From NCBI GenBank assembly GCA_963775755.1, contig CAVZKB010000015.1, positions 131,127 through 195,126 on the forward strand: a stretch of DNA of 64,000 nt. The letters run 5' to 3'. This stretch comes from an uncultured Actinomycetes bacterium. GTDB lineage: Bacteria > Actinomycetota > UBA4738 > HRBIN12. Of the stretch, positions 18,518-27,561 are shown piece after piece. The stretch's first letter is position 1; each line of letters starts with the position of its first letter. The notes below the pieces were generated by a model that did not search any database, was not told where the DNA came from, and saw nothing but the letters and a program-made list of their open reading frames with translations. The translations under genes were made by a program, and so were the position numbers.

Positions 18518-19300
18518 ATGGGCCCCCACGCGTTCAACCGCGAGCCGCCGGACCGTCAACGATCGCCGGGGCGCCACGACCGGATCCGGAAGATCAGCGC
18601 GATCGTGTTCATCGTGACGGTGCTGCTGGGGGCCGCCGCGGTGACGCTGACCCGCAGCCCGTTCTTCTACGCGCGGGAGATCGAGGTCCGGGGGGCGTCG
18701 CACCTCGCTCGCGCCGACGTCCTGCGCATCGCGGGGATCACGCCGAAGACGAACGTCTTCACCCTCGACGCGGGTGCCGCAGAGGCGAGGCTCGAACGAG
18801 AACCGTGGATCGCGGGAGCGACGATCACCAAGGGCCTGCCGTCGAGATTGGTCATCGACATCCACGAGCGGGTCGCCGTCGCGGTGGTGGAGTCCGGGGG
18901 GATCCTGCGGCTCGTGGCGGACGACGGCGCGCTTCTCGAGGCGGCGGCTCTGCCTCGAGTGTCGGCTGGACTGCCGGTGATCGCTCTCACGGATCGGCAG
19001 GCCGTCGGGTCGCAGGACGCCGTCGGGGGAGCCGCCCGCGCGATCGCCGCGATGGCCCCGATCCTCCGCCACCGGATCGACGGCGTGTCGATCCTGTCGG
19101 ACGGCCAGCTTCGCGTGGACCTGTCCTCGGGGGCGGAAGTCGCTTATGGCGAGGCCGTCGAACTGTCGGAGAAGGCCATGGCGCTGCGTGCGTTGCTCGA
19201 CTACGCGGACGGCAAGGGCGTGGGGGTGATCTCCGCCGACGTCCGCGTGCCGTCGGCTCCCACAGCGGTCCTCTCCGGTGGGGCAGTGGTGACTCCGTGA
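18518..19300 (+). CDS. ftsQ: Cell division protein FtsQ/DivIB (POTRA domain)
   Basis: 260 aa. Single TM (ISAIVFIVTVLLGAAAV) and a POTRA segment (FFYAREIEVRGASHLARADVLR). Start could lie a few codons upstream (alternative GTG). Confidence 0.75.
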   Translation: MGPHAFNREPPDRQRSPGRHDRIRKISAIVFIVTVLLGAAAVTLTRSPFFYAREIEVRGASHLARADVLRIAGITPKTNVFTLDAGAAEARLEREPWIAGATITKGLPSRLVIDIHERVAVAVVESGGILRLVADDGALLEAAALPRVSAGLPVIALTDRQAVGSQDAVGGAARAIAAMAPILRHRIDGVSILSDGQLRVDLSSGAEVAYGEAVELSEKAMALRALLDYADGKGVGVISADVRVPSAPTAVLSGGAVVTP

Positions 19301-19339
19301 GCACGCGATCCACTGTCATCCGCCGGCACAACGAGGGCA

Positions 19340-19504
19340 CGGTCGATGCTTGACGGACCTGCGGTTTCTTAGTAGCGTTCCCAGCTATACGTGAGGTAGA
19401 TATAACAATAACCGTGAGCTTGACGGTTATGGTTACCACCTCTCATACGGCGTTTCCCCAGGTAGGTAGTGGGTCGATAGGGCCCGATGTCCGGAGGACA
19501 CAGG
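19340..19504 (+). promoter_or_regulatory. ftsZ promoter region with an AT-rich block
   Basis: TTGACG at 19350-19355 with TAGCGT 17 nt downstream. A second TTGACG at 19420-19425. Block 19386-19412 (tatacgtgaggtagatataacaataacc) is about 35% GC in a 70% GC genome. SD GGAGGA at 19493-19498. Confidence 0.35.
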
Positions 19505-20674
19505 ATGATGGATGCTCCCCAGAACTACCTCGCCGTGATCAAGGTTGTCGGGATCGGCGGCGGCGGCGTGAACGCGGTGAACCGGATGATCGAGGCAGGC
19601 CTCCGGGGCGTCGAGTTCATCGCCGTCAACACCGACGCCCAGACGCTCCTGATGTCGGACGCAGAGGTGAAGCTCGACATCGGACGCGAGACCACGCGCG
19701 GGCTCGGCGCGGGCTCAGATCCGGAGGTCGGTCGATCCGCTTCGCACGAGCATGCCGACGAGATCGAGGAGATCCTCAAGGGTGCCGACATGGTGTTCAT
19801 CACCGCCGGCGAGGGAGGCGGCACCGGTACGGGCGGCGCGCCGGTCATCGCCGAGATCGCCAAAGGCCTCGGCGCGCTCACGATCGGTGTCGTCACCAGG
19901 CCGTTCGGGTTCGAAGGCCGCAAGCGCGCGACGCAGGCGGACCTCGGCATCACGGAGCTGAAGAAGGCCGTCGACACGCTGATCGTGGTTCCGAACGATC
20001 GGCTGCTCCAAGTCTCCGATCCCAACACGCCGATGATCGAGGCGTTCCGGATGGCGGACCAGGTCCTGTTCCAAGGCGTCGACGGCATCACGTCGTTGAT
20101 CACCACACCGGGCCTCATCAACCTGGACTTCGCGGACGTCAAGTCCGTCATGACCGGCGCGGGTTCGGCGTTGATGGGGATCGGACACGGAACCGGCGAG
20201 AACCGCGCCGTCGATGCGGCCAAGGCGGCCATCTCCTCTCCGTTGCTCGAGTCCTCGATCGACGGCGCCAAGGGCGTGCTGCTCTCGATCGCCGGCCCGA
20301 CCGACCTCTCGCTCCACGAGGTCAACGCGGCGGCCGACCACATCACCCGCGTGGCCCACCCCGACGCGAACATCATCTTCGGCGCCGTCGTGGACGACGC
20401 GCTCGGGGAGGAGGTTCGCGTCACCGTGGTGGCCGCGGGCTTCGACAAGCTCGCGACGTCTCCGGTGGAGAGCAGCCGGTTCGAGAGCCGCCTCTCCCGG
20501 TTGCTGGAGGAGCCGGCTCGCGGGGGACACCAGGAAGACGCGCTGCCCTCGATCCTCGTCGACGACACCGACGAGGACATGGACGTGTTCACGAGCGCCA
20601 ACGACCCTGAGCCGGCGACGGTGTCGTTCGACGCCGAGGAGGACCTGGACATCCCCGATTTCCTGAAGAACTGA
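19505..20674 (+). CDS. ftsZ: Cell division GTPase FtsZ
   Basis: Tubulin signature GGGTGTG. High similarity to actinobacterial FtsZ ([19 protein letters not shown]...). ATG at 19505 preferred because GGAGGA lies 6 nt upstream. The listed 19487 start adds 6 codons. Confidence 0.9.
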   Translation: MMDAPQNYLAVIKVVGIGGGGVNAVNRMIEAGLRGVEFIAVNTDAQTLLMSDAEVKLDIGRETTRGLGAGSDPEVGRSASHEHADEIEEILKGADMVFITAGEGGGTGTGGAPVIAEIAKGLGALTIGVVTRPFGFEGRKRATQADLGITELKKAVDTLIVVPNDRLLQVSDPNTPMIEAFRMADQVLFQGVDGITSLITTPGLINLDFADVKSVMTGAGSALMGIGHGTGENRAVDAAKAAISSPLLESSIDGAKGVLLSIAGPTDLSLHEVNAAADHITRVAHPDANIIFGAVVDDALGEEVRVTVVAAGFDKLATSPVESSRFESRLSRLLEEPARGGHQEDALPSILVDDTDEDMDVFTSANDPEPATVSFDAEEDLDIPDFLKN

Positions 20675-20709
20675 TGGGCCCCGGTCCGTCCCCGCGCGGC
20701 CTCGCGCTG

Positions 20710-20781
20710 TGGGGGGCGGGGAGGTTCCGAGCGAGGAGGCGTCCTTCCCCCGCCTCTTGGCCGAGGAGCTCCCCGCCCCCC
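20710..20781 (+). terminator. GC-rich nested inverted repeat downstream of ftsZ (putative U-tract-less terminator)
   Basis: TGGGGGGCGGGGA at 20710-20722 pairs with TCCCCGCCCCCC at 20770-20781. An inner hairpin GAGGCG-tccttcccc-CGCCTC sits between them. Located in the 147-bp ftsZ/ylmE spacer. Confidence 0.3.
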
Positions 20782-20821
20782 GTTCCATGTCCGCTGTCCG
20801 TTCCTGCGTAGGCTTGATCAG

Positions 20822-21514
20822 ATGACGACGACGCGCGACGAGCTGTTGGTCAACCTCGAGCAGGTGCGCCGGGGCATCGGCCTTGCGTGTGAGCGGGCTG
20901 GCCGCGACGCCGGCGACGTTTGTCTCGTCGCGGCCAGCAAGACCGTGTCCTCCGAGGCGATCACCTGGGCGCGCGACGCGGGTGTGTCGAACTTCGGCGA
21001 GAACTATGTCAAGGAGCTGCGCGCGAAACATGCCGCCGTACCCGATGTCCGATGGCATTTCATCGGCACGCTCCAGACGAACACGGCTCACCATGTCGCG
21101 GCCCTCGCCGATGTGGTCGAGACGGTCGCGGGGGGACACGCCTCCGAGCGGCTCGCGATGCGCGCGGCTGCCTCCGGGCGGGAGATCGACGCGTTGATCG
21201 AGGTCGATCTCACGGGCGAACGAACCGGCGTCCCCCCCGACGACACCCCGGCTCTGGCCGATCGAGTGGCGTCCCTCGCGGGACTCAGTTTGGTTGGGCT
21301 GATGACCATCCCGCCGGTTCTCGAACGTGCCGAGGACGCGCGTCCCTTCTTCATCAGGCTCCGCGAGCTCCGCGATCGCATCCGCGAACAGCACCCTGAT
21401 GTGCTGGAATTGTCGATGGGGATGTCGTTGGATTACCAGGTCGCGGTGGAAGAAGGCGCTACGATGGTCCGCGTCGGAACGGCGCTGTTCGGTCCCCGAG
21501 CGCCGTTGACGTAG
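20822..21514 (+). CDS. YggS/YlmE-family pyridoxal-phosphate homeostasis protein
   Basis: 230 aa. PLP-binding Lys in the context LVAASKTVS, and the conserved C-terminal MGMSxD motif. Confidence 0.85.
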   Translation: MTTTRDELLVNLEQVRRGIGLACERAGRDAGDVCLVAASKTVSSEAITWARDAGVSNFGENYVKELRAKHAAVPDVRWHFIGTLQTNTAHHVAALADVVETVAGGHASERLAMRAAASGREIDALIEVDLTGERTGVPPDDTPALADRVASLAGLSLVGLMTIPPVLERAEDARPFFIRLRELRDRIREQHPDVLELSMGMSLDYQVAVEEGATMVRVGTALFGPRAPLT

Positions 21515-21521
21515 GGAGGAA

Positions 21522-21992
21522 GTGATGGCCGGCGTGTGGAAGAAGACCCTGAACTACTTGGGCCTGGTCGAGGACGACGAAGAGTTCGTCGACGACATGC
21601 CAGAGGTCGAGCCGGCACCGGTCCGTCGCATGAAGCCGCAGGCCGTACGGGGCGTGTCCTCCGAAACCGAGGGAGTCGTCCGCACGATCGCGTCCCCACG
21701 CACCCCCGCCGCGTCCTCGGCCATCTACAAGTCCGAGCCGAAGCGCTTCAACGAGGCTCGAGAGGTGGCCGACCGGTTCAAGGAAGGCACGGCGGTCATC
21801 ATGAACCTCCAGTCGACGGACGACACGATCGCCCGCCGGCTGGTGGACTTCGCCTCGGGCCTGGTCTACGGGCTCGACGGCAAGATCGAACTGGTCGCGA
21901 ACCGCGTCTACTTGCTCACGCCGGACAACGTCGAGGTCTCCGCTGAGGAGCGCGAGAGGATCGCGGGCGGGGCGTTCTACAACCAGTTCTGA
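21522..21992 (+). CDS. sepF: Cell division protein SepF
   Basis: 156 aa. Conserved SepF C-terminal domain (...VIMNLQSTDD...RLVDFASGLVYGLDGKIELVANRVYLLTP). Confidence 0.85.
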   Translation: MMAGVWKKTLNYLGLVEDDEEFVDDMPEVEPAPVRRMKPQAVRGVSSETEGVVRTIASPRTPAASSAIYKSEPKRFNEAREVADRFKEGTAVIMNLQSTDDTIARRLVDFASGLVYGLDGKIELVANRVYLLTPDNVEVSAEERERIAGGAFYNQF

Positions 21993-22058
21993 GCCGCGTT
22001 CGCGTGGTGGGCGCACCGCGTCGTTCGCCGGGAGCACCCCTGCTAGCCTTGCCAGCCG

Positions 22059-22340
22059 ATGATCTGCGCAGGGAACGCCTTACCCCGTCTGATCTGCATC
22101 GCCCTGGGCGTGTACTGGATCATCCTCCTGGCGAGGGTGATCGTGAGCTGGGTCGAGCTCGCCGGTTGGCATCCGCCCACGACCGGGCCGCTGCGAACGA
22201 TCTTCGAATTGCTGTTCGACGTGACGGAGCCGGTCCTGCGGCCGATCCGGAAGATCATGCCTCCGGCGGGCCCGCTCGACCTCTCCGTGATCGTGGCGTT
22301 CCTGATCATCTTCGTGCTCCAGCAGGCGTTCTGCCGATGA
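22059..22340 (+). CDS. YggT/YlmG-family membrane protein
   Basis: 93 aa with two TM helices. Canonical position between sepF and divIVA. Confidence 0.8.
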   Translation: MICAGNALPRLICIALGVYWIILLARVIVSWVELAGWHPPTTGPLRTIFELLFDVTEPVLRPIRKIMPPAGPLDLSVIVAFLIIFVLQQAFCR

Positions 22341-22359
22341 CCCAGTCGAGGGAGGTCCG

Positions 22360-23160
22360 ATGAAGAAGAAGGACAAGGACGCGGGCGACGCCCAGGACTT
22401 CACCGGCATGCCGGCGTCCGCGGTGGTCGCGCCCGCCGATATCCAATCCAAGGAGTTCAACGTCTCGCGCTTCGGCGGGTACCGGATGCGCGACGTCGAC
22501 GAGTTCCTCGATCAGATCACCGTGTCGATGACCAAGCTGACCGAGGAGAACGAACGGCTGCGCTCCGCCGCGGGGCTCCCCGTCGCCTCTTCGATCGGGG
22601 AGCCCGACCTGGCGGATGTGTCGCGCCAGGCGGACGAGATCATCGAGCGCGCCCGGGCCGAGGCGGCGAAGATCGTCCAGGACGCCCGCGCACAGGCCGG
22701 GACACCCGGCGTCGCGGCGGCGGGGACCGATGCGGGGCGCGCGGCCGTCGCGCCGTTCTTGTCGCAGGAGCGCGACTTCCTCCAGCAGTTGGCGACGCTC
22801 GTACAAACGCACGCGGAGTCGGTGAAGGGGATGGCGAAGGCGAGCCGGAAGTCCCCGGCGGCGCCCCCGGCGTCTGCCCAGCCCTCGCCCTCGCCCTCGC
22901 CCGCGCCCGCCGTGATCCCGGAGCCCGCGATCCCTGAGGCGGAGGAGCCGCGTGTCCAGGCGCCGACCTCCGACGCGACGCAGCCGATGCCCCCGGTCAA
23001 GCCCATGTCCTCCGAGACGTCGGGACCGGAGTCGACGCCGCCGATCCGGGTGGAGGAGCCGGCCACGGCGTCGGTGAACGCGGGGGACGGGGACGACGAT
23101 GCGGAGCACAGCGAGGGCGGTGACCGCACACTCCGGGAGTTGTTCTGGGGCGAGGAGTGA
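22360..23160 (+). CDS. divIVA: DivIVA/Wag31 cell-pole scaffold protein
   Basis: N-terminal DivIVA domain (DIQSKEFNVSRFGGYRMRDVDEFLD) followed by coiled coil and a Pro/Ala-rich tail. Confidence 0.85.
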   Translation: MKKKDKDAGDAQDFTGMPASAVVAPADIQSKEFNVSRFGGYRMRDVDEFLDQITVSMTKLTEENERLRSAAGLPVASSIGEPDLADVSRQADEIIERARAEAAKIVQDARAQAGTPGVAAAGTDAGRAAVAPFLSQERDFLQQLATLVQTHAESVKGMAKASRKSPAAPPASAQPSPSPSPAPAVIPEPAIPEAEEPRVQAPTSDATQPMPPVKPMSSETSGPESTPPIRVEEPATASVNAGDGDDDAEHSEGGDRTLRELFWGEE

Positions 23161-23369
23161 GCCTCGGCGACCGCCGACCGGGGGTCGCCCTCCTCTCGAT
23201 CGCCGCATTCGCCCTGATCGTCGCCGCGGCCGCAGCACTCGGGATCGGCCTGCTGTCCAGCGCCAGCTTGCGGATGCCGGCCGTCGCGTTGGTCGCGAGC
23301 GCCGGCGGCCTCCTGCTCCTGTGGATCGGTGTCGTCAGGGCTTCGGGTTCTCCGCCTTCCGCAAGCTGA
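23157..23369 (+). CDS. Possible small two-TM membrane protein
   Basis: 70-aa ORF with two hydrophobic helices. Start overlaps the divIVA stop. The 3' end overlaps the convergent ileS 3' end by 35 nt. No recognisable family. Could be antisense noise. Confidence 0.25.
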   Translation: MSLGDRRPGVALLSIAAFALIVAAAAALGIGLLSSASLRMPAVALVASAGGLLLLWIGVVRASGSPPSAS

Positions 23370-26300
23370 TCGAGACCGTCTCGCCGTCGATCTCCACCTC
23401 GTGGTGGGACGCGTCGCCTCTGAGCACACCGTCGTCAAGCGCGACGGAGAGCGTCTCGGCCGCGACGTAGCCGCGGAACGCCTCGAGCGACGCTGCCACG
23501 TCGCCGGTCGCCGACACGGCGGCAACGATCCGATCGCTCACGTCCAGATCGGCGGCTCGCCGGGCGTCTTGGATCGCCCGAACGAGTTCGCGCGCCTGTC
23601 CTTCGCGCCGCAGATCATCCGTGACATCCAGATCGAGCGCCACGGTCAGACCGCCGTCCGAGGCGACACCCCAGCCCTCGGTCACCTCCTGGACCAAGTC
23701 GACCTCCTCGAGCGTGAGAGGGATCGCCACGCCGTCCTCGACCGCGATGGTGACCTCGTCGCCGCGCGCGAGCGCTGATGCCACGCTCCCGTCGTCGGCC
23801 GCCAGGATCGCCGCCACCGCCTTGACACGCTTCCCGAGCTTCGGCCCGAGCACCTTGTAGTTGGGCTTGGCCCGCCAACGGCCGAAGGTGGCGTCGGTTT
23901 CCGCGAAGACGACGCGCTTGACGTTGAGCTCGTCGGCGACGAGCGGAAGGACGGACGTGAGCGCCTGGTGATCGCCTTGATAGTGGACGACGGCTTCCGT
24001 CAGGGGCTGGCGGGTGCGGGTCTTCGTCTCGACGCGCACGCGACGGCCGAGCTCGACGATCGCTCGCGCCGCGGTCATCGCGCCGTCCAGGCGCGCGTCG
24101 ACGGCGGTGTCGTCGGCGACGGGGTAGTCACACAGGTGCACCGACGACGGTGCGTCGCCGCGATCCGCCGCAAGTGTCCGCCACAGCTCCTCCGCGAGGA
24201 ACGGCGTGAACGGGGCCAGCAGCTGCGCGATCGTGACGAGACAGGTGTGCAACGTCTGGAACGCGGCGCGTGCGTCGGCGCGTTCGCCGCCGTCGCCGGC
24301 CGGGTTCCAGAACCGCCGGCGGGCGCGGCGGACGTACCAGTTCGAGAGGTCGTCGACGAAGCCCGCGATCCGCCGGCCCGCGCCGGTTGCGTCGTACGTC
24401 TCGAGACCGTCACGAGCTGCGCGGATCGTGTCGGTGAGCTGTGAGATGGCCCATCGGTCGAGCGCGGGCCGGTCGGCGAGCGGCATCGCCGCTTCCGACG
24501 GATCGAAAGCCTCCGCGTTCGCGTACGTCACGAAGAACGAGTAGACGTTCCAGAGCGTGAGCATGAACTGGCGGACGATCTCGTCGAGCACCTCGTGTCC
24601 GATGCGGCGCGATTCCCACGGGGAGCCGTTCGTGAACATCCACCAACGGAGCGCGTCGGCGCCCTGACGATCCAGCACCTCCCACGGGTCGAGCGCGTTG
24701 CCGAGGGACTTCGACATCTTCCGTCCGTCGGCGGCGACGAGGTGGCCGAGGCAGACGACGTCGCGATATGCGGTCGAGTCGAAGTGCAACACCCCTTCGG
24801 CCATGAGCGTGTAGAACCATCCGCGCGTCTGGTCGATGCCCTCGCTGATGAAGTCGGCGGGGAACCGCTCTGCGAACAGCTCCTGTCCGCGCCCGAGCTC
24901 CGGCTGATACCCCCATTGCGCGAACGGCATGGCGCCGGAGTCGTACCAGGCGTCGATCACCTCGGTGACGCGCGTCGCCGTGCCGCCGCACTCCGGACAG
25001 GGGAACGTGACCCCGTCGATCTCCGGACGGTGCGGATCCACGTCTCCGACGTCGCGCCCCGCGAGCTCGCCCAGCTCCTTCAACGATCCGATCGCCGTCT
25101 GATGGCCGGACACGCACCGCCAGATCGGCAACGGGGTGCCCCAATACCGCTCGCGGGACAAGGCCCAATCGACGTTGTTCTCGAGCCAGTCTCCGTAGCG
25201 CCCGTCCTTGATGTGATCGGGGACCCACCCGACGGATCCGTTGACCTCGAGTAGTCGCTCCTTGACGGCGGTGGTTCGCACGTACCACGCCGATCGCGCG
25301 TAGTAGAGGAGCGGCGTTCCGCAGCGGTGGCAGAACGGATAGGCGTGCTCCACCGTCTCGGCGCGCAGGAGCACGCCGCGCTCCAACAGGTCCTCGAGGA
25401 TCCGCGGATCGGCATCCTTCACGAAGATCCCTCGGACGAACGCCGGGGCGAGATCGTTGAACCGGCCCGCGTCGTCGACGGGCTTGAAGATCGGCCAGCC
25501 CTGCGCCCGTCCCACGGCGAGGTCCTCGGGGCCGAACGCGGGCGCCATGTGGACGATGCCGGTTCCGTCGTCCATGGAGACGAAGTCGCCGGCCACGACG
25601 ACGTGCGCGCCGTCGACGTTGGGATACGGAGGCGAGTACCGGATGCCCACCAGGTCGGCACCGGTGAGTGTCGAGACGACCGATCCGTCGTCGCCCAGGA
25701 CGCGCTCGCGGAGCGCGGCACCGAGCACGAGTCGCTCACCGTCGATCTCCACCACCACGTACGTCGCACCGGAGTCGACCGCGAGGCCCTCGTTGGACGG
25801 GAGCGTCCACGGCGTGGTCGTCCAGCCGAGGATCGACGCCCCGACGAGTGACGCGTCGGGGGCCTCGACGACCGGGAAACGGAGGAAGACGCTCGGATCC
25901 TCCACGGCCCGGTAGCCCATGGCCACCTCGGCGTCGGAGAGCGCGGTGCCGCAGCGGGGACAGTACGCCGCGACCCGGTCGGATTCGACCAGCAGGCCGC
26001 GCTGATGCAGCCGCTTCAATGACCACCACACCGACTCGATGTACTCGGTGTTCATGGTCCAGTACGCGTCGGACATGTCGATCCAGAAGCCGATGCGGTT
26101 GGTGAGCCGTTCGAACTCACCGACGTTGCGGCCCACCGACTCGCGACAGAGCCGGTTGAACTCCGCGATCCCGAACGCCTCGATGTCGCGTTTGCCCGTG
26201 GTGCCGATCTGCTTCTCGACCTCGAGCTCCACGGGAAGTCCGTGACAGTCCCAACCGCCTTTGCGCGGCACGAAGTGGCCGGTCATGGTCTTGAATCGGG

Positions 26301-26511
26301 GGTACACGTCCTTGAACACGCGAGCCTCGACGTGATGGATGCCGGGGTTGCCGTTGGCTGTCGGGGGCCCCTCGTAGAAGACCCAGAGCGGTCCGTCCTT
26401 GCGCAGCTCGATGCTTCGGGCGAAGACGTCGGTCTCGCGCCAGAACTCGAGGATGCGCTGCTCGAGCTCCGGGAAGTTGACCTTCGGGTCCACCGGTTCG
26501 AACCGCTGCAT
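23335..26511 (-). CDS. ileS: Isoleucine--tRNA ligase
   Basis: ORF 23335..26658 trimmed to the ATG at 26511 (MQRFEPVDPKVNFPELEQRILEFW...). SD GAGGAGG 7-13 nt upstream. HIGH motif PPTANGNPGIHH and KMSKS motif KMSKSLGN. Class I editing domain present. Confidence 0.9.
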   Translation of the reverse strand: MQRFEPVDPKVNFPELEQRILEFWRETDVFARSIELRKDGPLWVFYEGPPTANGNPGIHHVEARVFKDVYPRFKTMTGHFVPRKGGWDCHGLPVELEVEKQIGTTGKRDIEAFGIAEFNRLCRESVGRNVGEFERLTNRIGFWIDMSDAYWTMNTEYIESVWWSLKRLHQRGLLVESDRVAAYCPRCGTALSDAEVAMGYRAVEDPSVFLRFPVVEAPDASLVGASILGWTTTPWTLPSNEGLAVDSGATYVVVEIDGERLVLGAALRERVLGDDGSVVSTLTGADLVGIRYSPPYPNVDGAHVVVAGDFVSMDDGTGIVHMAPAFGPEDLAVGRAQGWPIFKPVDDAGRFNDLAPAFVRGIFVKDADPRILEDLLERGVLLRAETVEHAYPFCHRCGTPLLYYARSAWYVRTTAVKERLLEVNGSVGWVPDHIKDGRYGDWLENNVDWALSRERYWGTPLPIWRCVSGHQTAIGSLKELGELAGRDVGDVDPHRPEIDGVTFPCPECGGTATRVTEVIDAWYDSGAMPFAQWGYQPELGRGQELFAERFPADFISEGIDQTRGWFYTLMAEGVLHFDSTAYRDVVCLGHLVAADGRKMSKSLGNALDPWEVLDRQGADALRWWMFTNGSPWESRRIGHEVLDEIVRQFMLTLWNVYSFFVTYANAEAFDPSEAAMPLADRPALDRWAISQLTDTIRAARDGLETYDATGAGRRIAGFVDDLSNWYVRRARRRFWNPAGDGGERADARAAFQTLHTCLVTIAQLLAPFTPFLAEELWRTLAADRGDAPSSVHLCDYPVADDTAVDARLDGAMTAARAIVELGRRVRVETKTRTRQPLTEAVVHYQGDHQALTSVLPLVADELNVKRVVFAETDATFGRWRAKPNYKVLGPKLGKRVKAVAAILAADDGSVASALARGDEVTIAVEDGVAIPLTLEEVDLVQEVTEGWGVASDGGLTVALDLDVTDDLRREGQARELVRAIQDARRAADLDVSDRIVAAVSATGDVAASLEAFRGYVAAETLSVALDDGVLRGDASHHEVEIDGETVSISLRKAENPKP

Positions 26512-26800
26512 CGTCTCCGCCTCCTCTCGCGCCCTACAACGCGAAACGCCTCGTCCCTGGTGCAGGGACGAGGCGTTGGCCCCGCGGTACCACCCCGCTT
26601 GTCGGGCGCCCCCGGCGCCCGACCGCTCACGACCGCCATCACGGCCTCCCGCTGTCACGGGCGGGGCCCGGCTGCATCTACTGCGGGGTCATACCGTCCG
26701 GTATGAGCCCGGTTCGGGCAGCGGCTCGGGGAGGATCTTCGCGGAGGTCTCACACCGGGCTCCCACCGTTCCCGGCTCGCTACGGCAAGACGATCTCCGC
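26512..26800 (-). ncRNA. T-box riboswitch leader (Ile) upstream of ileS
   Basis: The minus-strand RNA contains the T-box core GGGUGGUACCGCGGG (revcomp of 26580-26598) with UGGU to pair a tRNA ACCA end. A perfect 15-bp hairpin follows: AACGCCUCGUCCCUG-cacc-CAGGGACGAGGCGUU (26541-26573), then UUUCGCGUUGU and the ileS SD. A Stem I candidate GCGGAG...CUCCGC has AUC triplets in its flanks. Confidence 0.65.
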
Positions 26801-26830
26801 TACTCGTTCCCGTCGTCGCCTCTGGCAGGC

Positions 26831-27106
26831 ATGCTACACCTCGACATGGCGACCATCACGGTGCGAGTGGCTCCGCGGTCCGGGCGGACGGCCGTCGAGA
26901 TCGGACCGGACGGCGTGGTGGTCCGTGTGCGAGCCGCCCCGGAGGGAGGCCGGGCCACCGAAGAGGCCGCGCGCGCCCTGGCGGAGACGCTGGGTGTGCC
27001 TCGTACGCGGGTTCGACTGCGCAGCGGCGCCCGCTCGCGCACGAAGACGTTCGACATCGACGGGCTCTCGGCCCAGGACCTCCAGCAGCGGATGCGCCGC
27101 GGTTGA
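26831..27106 (+). CDS. DUF167 (YggU-family) protein
   Basis: ORF 26399..27106 trimmed to the ATG at 26831 (MLHLDMATITVRVAPRSGRTAVE...GVVVRVRAAPEGGRAT...ALAETLGVPRTRVRLRSGARSRTKTFDIDG). The 5' part of the listed ORF overlaps the ileS leader and is non-coding. Confidence 0.75.
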   Translation: MLHLDMATITVRVAPRSGRTAVEIGPDGVVVRVRAAPEGGRATEEAARALAETLGVPRTRVRLRSGARSRTKTFDIDGLSAQDLQQRMRRG

Positions 27107-27171
27107 CCACTTTGTCGGCGGCGCGACCGTTCCCGGTTCGAACGAGGCCCCTGTGCTACCCTCCCTCGACC

Positions 27172-27555
27172 ATGGCCGGGACCAAGCTGACGAAGAAAGA
27201 GATAGCTGACCTGCGGATTCGCCTCGAAGATGAGCGCGCCCTGCTGGACACCCAACTCGCGGGCATCGAGGAGGATTCATTCGCATCCACGCAGTCGGAT
27301 GCCTCGGGCGACGTGGGACTCGACGACGAGCCTGCCGACGCCGGCACCGCCACGTTCGAGCGTGAGAAGGATCTTTCTATCGAGAATAACGTCCGCGACC
27401 TCCTCCACAAGATCGACCTAGCCCTGAAGCGCATCGACGAGGGGACCTACGGTACGTGTGATGTCTGCGGGAAGCCCATCGAGAAAGCCCGGGTGAAGGC
27501 GCTCGCGTACGTGGATCTCTGCATCAAGGACGCCCAGGCGCAGTCCCGTCGGTAG
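27172..27555 (+). CDS. DksA/TraR-family C4-type zinc-finger protein
   Basis: ORF 27103..27555 trimmed to the ATG at 27172 (MAGTKLTKKEIADLRIRLEDERALL...). Zinc finger CDVCGKPIEKARVKALAYVDLC. Confidence 0.75.
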   Translation: MAGTKLTKKEIADLRIRLEDERALLDTQLAGIEEDSFASTQSDASGDVGLDDEPADAGTATFEREKDLSIENNVRDLLHKIDLALKRIDEGTYGTCDVCGKPIEKARVKALAYVDLCIKDAQAQSRR

Positions 27556-27561
27556 CGGCCC

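Noticed and set aside
19715-21394. 559-aa minus-strand ORF antisense to ftsZ and ylmE
   Set aside because: Antisense to two strongly supported genes. Asp/Arg/Gly-rich with no domains.
27138-27145. GTTCGAAC palindrome upstream of the DksA/TraR gene as a possible LexA (SOS) box
   Set aside because: The actinobacterial SOS box is TCGAAC-N4-GTTCGA. Here the two halves are fused with no spacer, and there is no second half-site at the right distance.
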